Virus record (IMG/VR): IMGVR_UViG_3300017917_004426
Span: 566 to 64,565 of that record
DNA length: 64,000 bases
Strand: one strand, 5' to 3'
Origin: a virus
Lineage: Duplodnaviria; Caudoviricetes
Shown here: positions 36,917 through 46,406 of the stretch, one piece after another
Position numbering within the stretch: position 1 is the stretch's first letter
How the letters are laid out: every line of letters begins with the position of its first letter
Made by a program: the position numbers and the translations under genes
The notes under the pieces: generated by a model
The model's input: only the letters and a program-made list of their open reading frames with translations
Databases searched by the model: none
Told to the model about the DNA's origin: nothing

Positions 36917-39301
36917 ATGACATTTTTTTACGACTTAAACAAAAAACTGGATTCCATTCGTGAGAAACCAGAGACCACTCACAAGCAATTGAACGAGCGT
37001 GACGAAGGCAAGCCAGGCAAGAACTTTGCTAAGATTGCCAAAGACGCTGGTGAGCGTTATGGTAGCAAGGCTGCTGGCGAGCGTGTGGCTGGTGCTGTGC
37101 GTAACAAATTAAAAGCACAAGGCAAGTTGGAAGAAGAAGGCATGAGCCGTGCAGCCAAAGGCTATGAAAAATACGGCAAAGAAGGCATGGAGGCCTTGGC
37201 CAAGGCCGGACGTGAAGGCAAAGCATTAGATCCAATTCGCAAGAAGTACAACAAGTATGATGAAAGCATGGGTGACATGGCCAAGAAAGTTGGCAGCATG
37301 GCCAAGAAAGTTGGCGGTGCTGTGTTGAACAAATTGGGTCATGGCGACGACGAAGCCATGCGCAAAGATCTGCAACGCAAGATGGGCTTGCCACAAACTG
37401 GCAAGAAGCCAGGCACCACAGAAGATTATGGTCCGATGGAAAGCGAAGGTGGCAAGCCAATGACTGCCAAACAAAAGTCATTTGCCAAGTTAGCACCGCC
37501 CACAGACAAGATCACTTTTGCCGACAAGATTGCCGGTGCCAAAAAAGAAGTTGACGAGATGCTGGGCGATGTAGCTGCTGAAGCCATCAAGGGTGCTTTG
37601 AGCCCCAAGCAAAAGAAACTGGATAAGAATCATAACGGCAAATTAGATGCTCAAGACTTTGCTATGTTGCGTGCCGGCAAAGGCAAGCAAGAAACTGACG
37701 AAGGTTGGGATGACATGATCAAAGACGTAGAGCGCCGTCGCAGCCAACCCAAAGTTGGTGATGTAACTCGTGGTCACAAGCATGATATTGAAACCACTGC
37801 CACAGGCCGTAGAGTAACTCGCAGAGTGGATGACCAAGGTCATTCAGTGGGTGCTGATGATGCTGATGATGCTCAACCAGTCAAACGCGGTCGTGGTCGT
37901 CCTGCTGGTACAGGCAGCAAGATGGGGGCCAAAGGACCATCAGGCCGTTCAAAGTTAATGACCAAAGAAGGAGACATCGATCCAGCAGATCAAGGTGAGT
38001 ACGATCGCGAAGGCGAAATGGCCAAAGATCAAATTGGCACTATTGTGCGTCATGCTCAAGCCTTGGAAAAGATCTTGGGCGACAATGACAACCTTCCAGA
38101 ATGGGTACAATCCAAGTTGGCCAAGATCGAAGGTATGATGACTGCTGTGGACGACTACATGCAAAATCAGTCCGGCGATGAAGAAATGGCCGTGGGCGAA
38201 GAAAAAACTACCAAGCGTGACAACCGTGCCGAAAAGGCTGGTAAGAAGGTAACCAAAGACATTGAGTACGACGAAAAGAAGAAAGATCATATTCACGGCA
38301 AAAAGCGTGGTGCCGAAGATGCCAAGGCCGAGAAGGCTGGCAAGAAAGTTGCCAAGGATATCGAGTACGACGAGAAGAAAGATAAAAAGAAAGACAAGCC
38401 TGAAAAAGTCAAAGAACAAGGCGGAGCAGAAACTCCAACAGCGTCAAGTGGCTTCTCTTTTGGCAAAGGCATTTACGACTCAATGAATCGTGAACTGGAA
38501 AAGATGATTGCTGAATCAATGAGCGTGAACATGAGCGACTCGACAGAAGGAGGCAAGAGTTTGACCATCACTGCCACAGACGAAGATGCACTGAAGTTGG
38601 CCGGCTTGTTGAAAAATGCAGGCTTGGGCGGTGGCGATCAAATGGCACATGATCACGAAGGCATGAGTCACAGTCACGAAGGTGGTGATCAAGCACATGA
38701 TCATAGCGAAGAGTCATGCCCAACTTGCGGTATGAGTGACTGCGGTTGCGGCGATATGCAAGAAGCATTGGATGAAAACAATCCAGATTGGCCCACAGAC
38801 ACAGAAACCAGTGATGATGCTCTGCAATATTCAGGTGGCTTGAATGGCCCTAAGTCAACTGGACAAACTACTATACCTGTTATTGCCAGCCAAGAAAATC
38901 GTCAACGCACATTTGAAGAAGATGAAGAACTTCGCAGAATGATGGAAATGGCCGGTGTTCAACAAGACAATCTCAAGCCATGGGAACGCACCATGAAAGA
39001 AGATGCCGAAGAAGAACTTGATGAAGCCAAAACAGAAGAACTTGATGAAGCCAAGAAGTGCCCAACATGCGATTGTGATCCGTGCGAGTGCGACGAGTCT
39101 GTGACAGAAAGTTTTGAACAGATGTTGAGTCGCATGCGTGACATTGCTGGCATCAAAGAAGCCAAGAAGCCAGACTTCTTAGACATGGACAAAGACGGCG
39201 ACAAAAAAGAGCCAATGGCCAAGGCCATCAAAGACAAAGAGAAAAAAGTTGAAGAAAGTATCTTTGCCTTGACCAACCAATGGCGAGCCTACAAGGGGTA
39301 A
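36917..39301 (+). CDS. Large, highly charged putative prohead core / internal protein
   Basis: 794 aa, K/E/D-rich, internal duplications, many hydrophobic-X-E sites, His- and Cys-rich patches. Confidence 0.65.
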   Translation: MTFFYDLNKKLDSIREKPETTHKQLNERDEGKPGKNFAKIAKDAGERYGSKAAGERVAGAVRNKLKAQGKLEEEGMSRAAKGYEKYGKEGMEALAKAGREGKALDPIRKKYNKYDESMGDMAKKVGSMAKKVGGAVLNKLGHGDDEAMRKDLQRKMGLPQTGKKPGTTEDYGPMESEGGKPMTAKQKSFAKLAPPTDKITFADKIAGAKKEVDEMLGDVAAEAIKGALSPKQKKLDKNHNGKLDAQDFAMLRAGKGKQETDEGWDDMIKDVERRRSQPKVGDVTRGHKHDIETTATGRRVTRRVDDQGHSVGADDADDAQPVKRGRGRPAGTGSKMGAKGPSGRSKLMTKEGDIDPADQGEYDREGEMAKDQIGTIVRHAQALEKILGDNDNLPEWVQSKLAKIEGMMTAVDDYMQNQSGDEEMAVGEEKTTKRDNRAEKAGKKVTKDIEYDEKKKDHIHGKKRGAEDAKAEKAGKKVAKDIEYDEKKDKKKDKPEKVKEQGGAETPTASSGFSFGKGIYDSMNRELEKMIAESMSVNMSDSTEGGKSLTITATDEDALKLAGLLKNAGLGGGDQMAHDHEGMSHSHEGGDQAHDHSEESCPTCGMSDCGCGDMQEALDENNPDWPTDTETSDDALQYSGGLNGPKSTGQTTIPVIASQENRQRTFEEDEELRRMMEMAGVQQDNLKPWERTMKEDAEEELDEAKTEELDEAKKCPTCDCDPCECDESVTESFEQMLSRMRDIAGIKEAKKPDFLDMDKDGDKKEPMAKAIKDKEKKVEESIFALTNQWRAYKG

Positions 39302-39305
39302 CAGC

Positions 39306-39476
39306 ATGATGGCACCATATCAAAATCTTGTGAATGATGTAGCACAAATTCGCAACAATGGATATGTGCCGCCACCTGCGCCTCTACGCCAGGAAAGTCA
39401 TGTGCCACCTGTGTTACAACAAACCACACAGTTATACAAGCCTTACACACCTGCAACCGAGAAAGACAACAAATAA
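39306..39476 (+). CDS. Small hypothetical protein (56 aa; not in the ORF track)
   Basis: ATG 39306 to TAA 39474-39476 fills the gap and overlaps the next start (TAATG). Confidence 0.6.
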   Translation: MMAPYQNLVNDVAQIRNNGYVPPPAPLRQESHVPPVLQQTTQLYKPYTPATEKDNK

Positions 39477-39763
39477 TGGCCAATGTTTATACCACACTCA
39501 GCAACACTACAGTGTACACTGACAAATTACAGGTTGTCACAGGTAATACAGCAGTCACTTATCAAGTTTATGCAACTGCCTTGGGCAGTGCAAGCCCAGT
39601 AGGCAATTTGTATTCTGCACCTATCAATATTCCTGCCAATGCAGTTTATGAAACATATTCTGGTGTTGGTAACAAAGTTACTGTCTCTGGAAGCAATTGG
39701 ACGGCATTAGAACTTGGAACAGCCAGTTCAGCACAGGCTGGTGTAATTGGTTACGGAAGCTGA
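39476..39763 (+). CDS. Small hypothetical virion protein
   Basis: 95-aa beta-rich ORF in the late operon. Confidence 0.65.
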   Translation: MANVYTTLSNTTVYTDKLQVVTGNTAVTYQVYATALGSASPVGNLYSAPINIPANAVYETYSGVGNKVTVSGSNWTALELGTASSAQAGVIGYGS

Positions 39764-39768
39764 CCGCA

Positions 39769-40155
39769 GTGAGAGCCCGTGAATTTATAGCCGAAGGCAA
39801 TGGTGTCCGCGGAGGCCAAAGAGCCACTGTGAACCATGAGTTTGAACGAGCTCACCCTGGTATGGTTGGTCCCACCAATCACGGCGACTTGTACATTGGT
39901 CGATACTATGATTTCTATAGAGTCAGCAGTTTGGCAGGTATGAGCCTTGAGCAACTGGAAAATGCTGACGACATTTCGTTCTTCGGCAACTTGCCTATCT
40001 TTAGTGCCTATACTGAACATGATCGCAAAAAACTCAAAGCCATCATGAAAAAACTCAAGATGAAACCATCGGACTACATTGGTCATGGCAGTCACGAGCC
40101 TGACGGTGTAAATAATGCCAGCCCGGTTAAGTCCTTCATAGGCTATGCGAGATAA
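39769..40155 (+). CDS. Putative internal head protein, MRAxEF family copy 1
   Basis: GTG start gives MRAREFIAE; ends SPVKSFIGYAR. Confidence 0.65.
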   Translation: MRAREFIAEGNGVRGGQRATVNHEFERAHPGMVGPTNHGDLYIGRYYDFYRVSSLAGMSLEQLENADDISFFGNLPIFSAYTEHDRKKLKAIMKKLKMKPSDYIGHGSHEPDGVNNASPVKSFIGYAR

Positions 40156-40157
40156 GC

Positions 40158-41036
40158 ATGTGCATCATTATTGCAAAATACTTTCCAGGTGTTGGCTGGG
40201 CAGGTGCCAAGAATCGTGATCGCAACTACACACCTGAATTGGATTTTGTTGAGTCTGAGAGCCATGGCATTGATCGAATGATGATGCACGATCGCATCAC
40301 TGGCTATAAAGAAGGTATCAACAGCAATGGTATCAGTATCTTAAACACCAGTCTTGATGTTTACGATGATGAAAGCGAAGTGGATGCTGGCACAGCCAAG
40401 ACCAGTCCAGATGGTAGAATCATTGCCCATGCACTGATGCAGAAAAACGTGCTGAACGCTGTAAAAGTGTTGATCAAAAGCAAACTCGGCGGCTGCACCA
40501 TTGTGTTTGATAGAGACAATCTCTACTTGATAGAAGCCAGTGACTGGGATGGCACCAAACCATTTAAGTGGGTGGCTAAGAAAATACCTAAGACTAAAAC
40601 CATAGTGAGAACCAACCATGGCATTTGGCTGCCAGATGCTGGTTATCAGAAAAAAGCCGACAATCACAGTGAAACTGCCAGCAGAGTGAGTAGTGATGCG
40701 CGGCTACTACAAGCACAACTGGTGGCAAAACATGCCAAAACACCCGAAGATTTGGTGGATGGCATGTGTCAAGTTTATATCAATCATCCTCAACTAAATA
40801 TTATGAGGACCAGTACCGAAGGCAAAAAAATGCGTACTACTAGTCAGCAATTGTGTGTTCCCAGTGAGCGCACACTGTATTGCAGACCAGTCAGTAGTCA
40901 TTTGCAATTTGACTTTTGGCGCTTGAACAGACCCAAGACCAATGTATGGGTAGAGATATTGAGCAATCGAGCACTGTGGCAAAATGTCAAAGGTGATCCA
41001 CCGTTTGGGCAAATGAACATGAAAGATGTAGAATGA
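40158..41036 (+). CDS. Ntn-hydrolase with an N-terminal Cys nucleophile (C45/NAAA-like)
   Basis: M-C start; AKNRD, EGINSNG and RTNHG motifs typical of Cys-Ntn hydrolases. Confidence 0.75.
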   Translation: MCIIIAKYFPGVGWAGAKNRDRNYTPELDFVESESHGIDRMMMHDRITGYKEGINSNGISILNTSLDVYDDESEVDAGTAKTSPDGRIIAHALMQKNVLNAVKVLIKSKLGGCTIVFDRDNLYLIEASDWDGTKPFKWVAKKIPKTKTIVRTNHGIWLPDAGYQKKADNHSETASRVSSDARLLQAQLVAKHAKTPEDLVDGMCQVYINHPQLNIMRTSTEGKKMRTTSQQLCVPSERTLYCRPVSSHLQFDFWRLNRPKTNVWVEILSNRALWQNVKGDPPFGQMNMKDVE

Positions 41037-41431
41037 GAGCAAAAGAATTTGTAGCAGAAGCAAAATATGGCAGTGCTGCCGATGTACCTGCTTCTGCTGC
41101 CAAACTGCCAAAGTCGCATCAGTCTGCTCTCAAGGGTGCTATTAGCATGCCTGATATCAGTCAAACCAAACAAGGCGGCAGTCCTTACACACAATGGCGA
41201 TTTGGTATTGCAATGGCCGGTGCCCCTGATTTCCCTACACCACCTGCTGGCGCTTTTGCTGGCGATCCACTGTTGGCAACTTATTCAGATGTAGACTTAG
41301 AAAAAGTCAATGCAGCGGCCAAGGCAGTTGGTGCTGGTGAAGTAAAAAAATTAACAGACAATCGCTCAACTGAAGCAGATTGGGTACAAAAAATCAGTCC
41401 TGTAAAATCATTTGCGGGGTATCCACGATGA
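41033..41431 (+). CDS. Putative internal head protein, MRAxEF family copy 2
   Basis: Starts MRAKEFVAE; PY..WRFGIAMA core; ends SPVKSFAGYPR. Confidence 0.7.
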   Translation: MRAKEFVAEAKYGSAADVPASAAKLPKSHQSALKGAISMPDISQTKQGGSPYTQWRFGIAMAGAPDFPTPPAGAFAGDPLLATYSDVDLEKVNAAAKAVGAGEVKKLTDNRSTEADWVQKISPVKSFAGYPR

Positions 41432-41817
41432 GAGCACGAGAATTTCTTCGAGAACAAGCAGCCGGATTACCTCCTGAAGAAGCAGATCCCATGCGTTACA
41501 CTTATGTGATTCCAGGACTCAGTGCTGCTGATCCTTATCGCAATTACAGATTTGGTGTGGCCATAGCACGAGCCAGAAGTGATCACAGCACAGATGGTCT
41601 CAATGATCACATACCGGCTTGGCACTCCGAAACAGCATTTGGTGAACATGGGGTTGTGGCCGGTATGGTTCCCAGCATTGATAAAATAATTGACGCTGCA
41701 TTAAAAATGACCAACACACCTGGCGGCAAAAAAATGGTATCTAGTCCTACCAGTACAGAACCTACTTTTGTAGATAAAACAAGTCCTGTAAAGGCATTCA
41801 AAGGATACCCTAGATAA
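41428..41817 (+). CDS. Putative internal head protein, MRAxEF family copy 3
   Basis: ATG 41428 gives MRAREFLRE; PY..YRFGVAIA core; ends SPVKAFKGYPR. Confidence 0.7.
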   Translation: MRAREFLREQAAGLPPEEADPMRYTYVIPGLSAADPYRNYRFGVAIARARSDHSTDGLNDHIPAWHSETAFGEHGVVAGMVPSIDKIIDAALKMTNTPGGKKMVSSPTSTEPTFVDKTSPVKAFKGYPR

Positions 41818-43394
41818 TGGCATACCCTGAACCAACCCAAGTAGCGCCATGGTATTTGCGCAATATTACACAGGCACTTGAACTAGATGAAGCCACAGGC
41901 AATGTTTTTGTTCGTACTAACGCTGCGATCATTGGCAATGTGACTGTGAACAATGTGTCTATTGGGTCATTGGGCAATGTTGACATAACAGGCAACAGTT
42001 TACCTGTCACAGTTCAAAGTGGTAATGTCACAGTGTATCAAGGCACTGATCCTTGGAACGTTGCTGGCAATGTTGGCATCATTGGAAATATTGCTGGCAT
42101 CACAGCCAATGTTACAATAGTAGATGGGGGCGGCAGCATCACAGTTGATGGTTCTGTAAATGCCAATATTACCGGTGGTAATATTACATCCAGTTTTTTA
42201 CCCTCTGCAACAGATGCATTTGGTCGCTTGCGTGTGAGCGAGCCATACACACTGTTTGATACCCAGGCTCTATATTTTGATCACAGGCAGTTTGCTAATT
42301 CTATTTCTGGAACTGGTAATGTTGTGTATGTTCAAAATCAAAGTTCATACCAACTGAATGTGGGAAACACGTCTGGTGATTCGGTCATACGTGAAACAGT
42401 CAAAGCATTTCCTTATCAGCCGGGCAAAAGCCAACTCACACTAAACACATTTTGTTTTTCAGCGCCCAAAACTGGCCTGCGACAGCGAGTGGGTTTGTTC
42501 AGTGCTGACAATGGAGTGTTTTTTGAAAACGATGGCACATACAATTACTTTGTGATTCGTTCTGCATCAACAGGTGTGGAAGAACGTGTTCGTCAAGATG
42601 CTTGGAACACCAACACTTTGAGCAATTCATACGGCCCTAACCCATCGGGACAAGTGCTGAATGTAGCACTTACACAAATCATGTTTGCTGACGTAGAATG
42701 GTTGGGAGTGGGGTCTGTGCGTGTGGGTTTTGTTATAAACGGTGCGTATGTGATTTGTCACCAATTCAACCACGCCAATCAGACGGGCAATACCAAGGTA
42801 TACATGACCACTGCCACTTTGCCCATACGTTATGAAATAACCAACACCGCCAACACCACCAGTGTCAGTATGATGACACAGATTTGCAGTTCGGTTATAT
42901 CTGAAGGTGGCTATCAACTGGCAGGGTCAGGCAACCCTCGTGCAGCATCGCACACACTGGCCACTCCAGTTAGACTGCCAAACGACAATAGTTTCAAACC
43001 ATTGATTTCGATCAGACTGAAAAGTACCAATCTGAATGCTGTGGTCATACCCATAAACTATTCTTTGGTTCCAGCAGCACAAAGCACATTCCAATATAGA
43101 GTTTACAAGAAAGCCATCACATCAGGCGGCTCATGGGTGAGTTCAGCCGCAGACAGTTCTGTGGAATACAATCTAGCACCCACTGCCTTAGTGTCAGGTG
43201 ATATTGCCGAACAAACATTTTTGAACAGTTCAAACCAAAGCAGCCAAGCACCCACACAAACATCATTCACATTTACCTATCAACTGGAGCGTGATCCATT
43301 TACTGCCACAGCATATGAATATGTAATAACAGCAGCCACCATTGGTACCAACCAAGATGTTTATGCCAGTATAGAATGGCAAGAATTGACATAA
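41817..43394 (+). CDS. Virion structural protein with a lectin-like beta-sandwich
   Basis: GN-rich N-terminus, then DAFGRLRVSEPYTLFD...YQPGKS...EWLGVGSVRVGF...TATLPIRYEI. Confidence 0.65.
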   Translation: MAYPEPTQVAPWYLRNITQALELDEATGNVFVRTNAAIIGNVTVNNVSIGSLGNVDITGNSLPVTVQSGNVTVYQGTDPWNVAGNVGIIGNIAGITANVTIVDGGGSITVDGSVNANITGGNITSSFLPSATDAFGRLRVSEPYTLFDTQALYFDHRQFANSISGTGNVVYVQNQSSYQLNVGNTSGDSVIRETVKAFPYQPGKSQLTLNTFCFSAPKTGLRQRVGLFSADNGVFFENDGTYNYFVIRSASTGVEERVRQDAWNTNTLSNSYGPNPSGQVLNVALTQIMFADVEWLGVGSVRVGFVINGAYVICHQFNHANQTGNTKVYMTTATLPIRYEITNTANTTSVSMMTQICSSVISEGGYQLAGSGNPRAASHTLATPVRLPNDNSFKPLISIRLKSTNLNAVVIPINYSLVPAAQSTFQYRVYKKAITSGGSWVSSAADSSVEYNLAPTALVSGDIAEQTFLNSSNQSSQAPTQTSFTFTYQLERDPFTATAYEYVITAATIGTNQDVYASIEWQELT

Positions 43395-44209
43395 TGAAAA
43401 AACTATTCTTATCTTTATTACTCTTAGCCACACAGGCCTTTGCCTGGGACCAACGACCACCACTGCCTCCACAGGCCTGTCAAGTGCATTCGCCTTGGGG
43501 CTGGGCACAAACAGCAAGACCAGCACAACCAATCTGTAGAGAAGCATATCTAGTAGCCTATGATGCACCTGCAAAAATTCCTGTATATGTAAGTTACACT
43601 CTGTTGCCACAAAATGCACTAGGCTGCTTTCCACGAACCAATGCTTTTGTTGCAGACCAATCGGTGCCAGGCGGTGCTAAACCTGACGACTACGCTGGCA
43701 CAGGCTACGACAAAGGTCATGCTGCTCCAGATGGCGACTTGAGTTGGAGCCAACAAGTAGAATACGAATCATTCTTAATGACCAACATGTATCCACAACA
43801 TGGAAGTCTCAACAGAGGCATTTGGAAACTGTTGGAAACATCAGTGCGTGGCTGGGCTGTGCAACTCAACCAGCCGTTCACAATCTTTGTGGGCGCAATG
43901 TATGGTGCCAACAACCCCACAATTGGCAACGGTGTTGTAGTTCCCCATGGCTATTACAAACTGGTTGTTAATCAGGCCACAGGACATACAGCAGGTTGGA
44001 TATTTCCACACACCAAACCCTATGTTAACTTGGGCAACGACCTTACCAAGTTCCGTGCTCCTGTTGCACAAATACAAGAATATGCTGGTGTACGATTTGC
44101 ACTACCAGCCAACGCACGTGAATTACCACCAGGCCAAGAATGGCCGGTAAACTTTGGCCAACTAACCACAGCAAAACGAGCCAAATGCGGAGCCAACGCC
44201 GCTGAATAA
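43394..44209 (+). CDS. DNA/RNA non-specific endonuclease (NucA/EndoG type) with a signal peptide
   Basis: YDKGHAAP, ESFLMTNMYPQ..LNRGIW..LE and VPHGYYK motifs; N-terminus MKKLFLSLLLLATQAFA. Confidence 0.88.
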   Translation: MKKLFLSLLLLATQAFAWDQRPPLPPQACQVHSPWGWAQTARPAQPICREAYLVAYDAPAKIPVYVSYTLLPQNALGCFPRTNAFVADQSVPGGAKPDDYAGTGYDKGHAAPDGDLSWSQQVEYESFLMTNMYPQHGSLNRGIWKLLETSVRGWAVQLNQPFTIFVGAMYGANNPTIGNGVVVPHGYYKLVVNQATGHTAGWIFPHTKPYVNLGNDLTKFRAPVAQIQEYAGVRFALPANARELPPGQEWPVNFGQLTTAKRAKCGANAAE

Positions 44210-44215
44210 TCTAAA

Positions 44216-45250
44216 TTGAAAGTTTTTGATTTTGTAAATCCCAATGGGGTTCAAACAGTTGAGGGACCTACCAACGCATACAGGATGTTGCCAGACAATT
44301 CAATTGTGCTGATGGGAACCCCTTATACCATTGTTGATCGGAACTCATGGCAAAACTTCTATAAAAATTTGCAAACTCTTAAGGATCAGTCAATAACTGA
44401 CTCTTTTGTATTTGTTGATGCTGCCTGGGACCCAGTGTTGGTATCCACATCAGAATGCTTGGATCATCTTGCCGCAATTAAAGAATTTTTTCCCGGTGCC
44501 AAAGTTGCTGTGTTAAGCAGTAGATGCCAGCATTGGTTTGATAACATTCCAGGATTGATCTACTATCCCAGTTTTGGAGCCATAGTTTACGATCATCCAG
44601 TATTCCGCCCTAGATCAAAACGCATTGGATGTCTCAACAGACACAATAGCCCGCACAGGCTGTGGCTGATGCATTCCTTACTGAGCGAGCAGTTGATCGA
44701 TCCTAACAGAGATATCTACAGTGTGGGCTTTACCAATCCATACGACCTAAGTTCCTATGGAAAAATCAGCCAGTTGATTCCCTCTAGACGTGATTTGGAC
44801 GAAGAAATAAAAAAGTATCCGCCACAAATAGCCACACATCCTGACAATTTTCCCAACGATTATACCATCAATCATCCTGCCTGGCATACAGCAATTGCTA
44901 TTGTAACAGAAACACGCCCAAATGATTCAACCATAATCAGTGAAAAAACAGCCAAAGCCATAATAAGTCAGAGTTGTTGGAGCATTTACATGGCAGAAGT
45001 TGGTTATCAAGTGCTGGAAGAACTAGGGTTTGAACCACGACTGTTTGCCGACCATGCCAGCGAGGACAACATTGAACCTATCAAACAAATTTGCAGACAG
45101 TTTGACACTGAGAGTGCAGCCATGGACTACCGGCAAAGCCAAATTGACAAAATCAATCACAATTTTGAATGGTTCAGCAAAGGTCCAATAATGGGGCCTT
45201 GGTACAACATATACAAACCAAAATTCCAACAAGCATTAGAACGCCTGTAA
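44216..45250 (+). CDS. Hypothetical glycosyltransferase-like protein (paralog of 466 and 25977)
   Basis: CLNRH..PHR and IVTET...ISEKTAKA...LGFE motifs; TTG start uncertain. Confidence 0.5.
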   Translation: MKVFDFVNPNGVQTVEGPTNAYRMLPDNSIVLMGTPYTIVDRNSWQNFYKNLQTLKDQSITDSFVFVDAAWDPVLVSTSECLDHLAAIKEFFPGAKVAVLSSRCQHWFDNIPGLIYYPSFGAIVYDHPVFRPRSKRIGCLNRHNSPHRLWLMHSLLSEQLIDPNRDIYSVGFTNPYDLSSYGKISQLIPSRRDLDEEIKKYPPQIATHPDNFPNDYTINHPAWHTAIAIVTETRPNDSTIISEKTAKAIISQSCWSIYMAEVGYQVLEELGFEPRLFADHASEDNIEPIKQICRQFDTESAAMDYRQSQIDKINHNFEWFSKGPIMGPWYNIYKPKFQQALERL

Positions 45251-45257
45251 ATACTGC

Positions 45258-46406
45258 ATGAGCAACTTCTACTGTGCGGCACCCTGGCGTGGTTTACATA
45301 TCAATCCTCGTGGTGATGTCAAGACCTGCTGTGCAGGCAATCCCAACATGTTGGGCAATTTGAATACACAATCCATTGAGCAAATACTCAACAGCACGCT
45401 CATGGCAGACATACGCACCAGTTTATCCCAAGGCATTCCACATGAGTATTGTTCAAACTGTGTGCGAGCAGAACGTTTTGGTGCGGATTCAGAGCGTCAA
45501 TGGCATAACAATGTAAACCCTGGTTTTGATTATGCCACTGCTGGAGATCGTTATCATTATCCTGTGATTGTGGATGTGCGTTGGAACACAACATGCAACT
45601 TGAGTTGCAACTACTGTGGCGAAGCGTGCAGTTCAAAGTGGGCCAGTCTCAAAGGCATTCCATTCAAATCAGGAGCCAGACCTTACTATGATTCGGTTTG
45701 TGACTTTATTGAAAAACACTACGAACACATACATGAAGTGGCATTGGTAGGCGGAGAGCCGCTGTTGCTACCAGAAAACATTAGACTGTTGGAGGTCATA
45801 CCCAAAGATGCTATTGTAACACTGATAACAAACTTGAATGTGGATTTAGATTCAAACAAGATATTTCAAAAGTTATCTACTCGCAATCGAGTAGGGTGGT
45901 CAATGAGTTTTGATAACACAGGCGAGCGAGTGGAGTATGTGCGCCACGGTGCTAGTTGGGAGTTGATCAAAGAAAACTTGAGTAAGATCAAACACCTGAT
46001 GACCACCCAAGGCCAATGGGGCGGAATTCATGCTGTGTACAACATCTACAATGCCACACGCATTTGTGAACTGCGACAATTTGCTGAAGATACTGGTACC
46101 ACAGTGCTGTGGCAAAACCTGTTTCAACCCGAATACCTTGATCCATTCTTGCATGGAGCCGGTGTTGCAAAGGAAGCCATAGCAGAAATTGAAAAATTCT
46201 ATGAGATGAACATTGCTACTCCCGCCGAACGTCAGTTCTTTGACAATGCAATAGCCACTTATAAAAACAGATTGAACCAAAACAAAGTTAGTACAATTGA
46301 CATGGCATTTTTTAAGCACATACACGATAATGAAAACAAGTACCACCCAGACAAGGCTGGAGAATTTCAACGCCTATGGCCAGAACTGGCATTCTTATGC
46401 AAATAA
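45258..46406 (+). CDS. Twitch-domain radical SAM protein
   Basis: FYCAAPW...TCC...CSNC; CNLSCNYC; VGGEP. Confidence 0.88.
   Translation: MSNFYCAAPWRGLHINPRGDVKTCCAGNPNMLGNLNTQSIEQILNSTLMADIRTSLSQGIPHEYCSNCVRAERFGADSERQWHNNVNPGFDYATAGDRYHYPVIVDVRWNTTCNLSCNYCGEACSSKWASLKGIPFKSGARPYYDSVCDFIEKHYEHIHEVALVGGEPLLLPENIRLLEVIPKDAIVTLITNLNVDLDSNKIFQKLSTRNRVGWSMSFDNTGERVEYVRHGASWELIKENLSKIKHLMTTQGQWGGIHAVYNIYNATRICELRQFAEDTGTTVLWQNLFQPEYLDPFLHGAGVAKEAIAEIEKFYEMNIATPAERQFFDNAIATYKNRLNQNKVSTIDMAFFKHIHDNENKYHPDKAGEFQRLWPELAFLCK

Noticed and set aside
39306-39476. RiPP precursor for the radical SAM enzymes
   Set aside because: It has no Cys or Trp core motif or leader pattern, and it lies in the head-protein operon away from the radical SAM genes.
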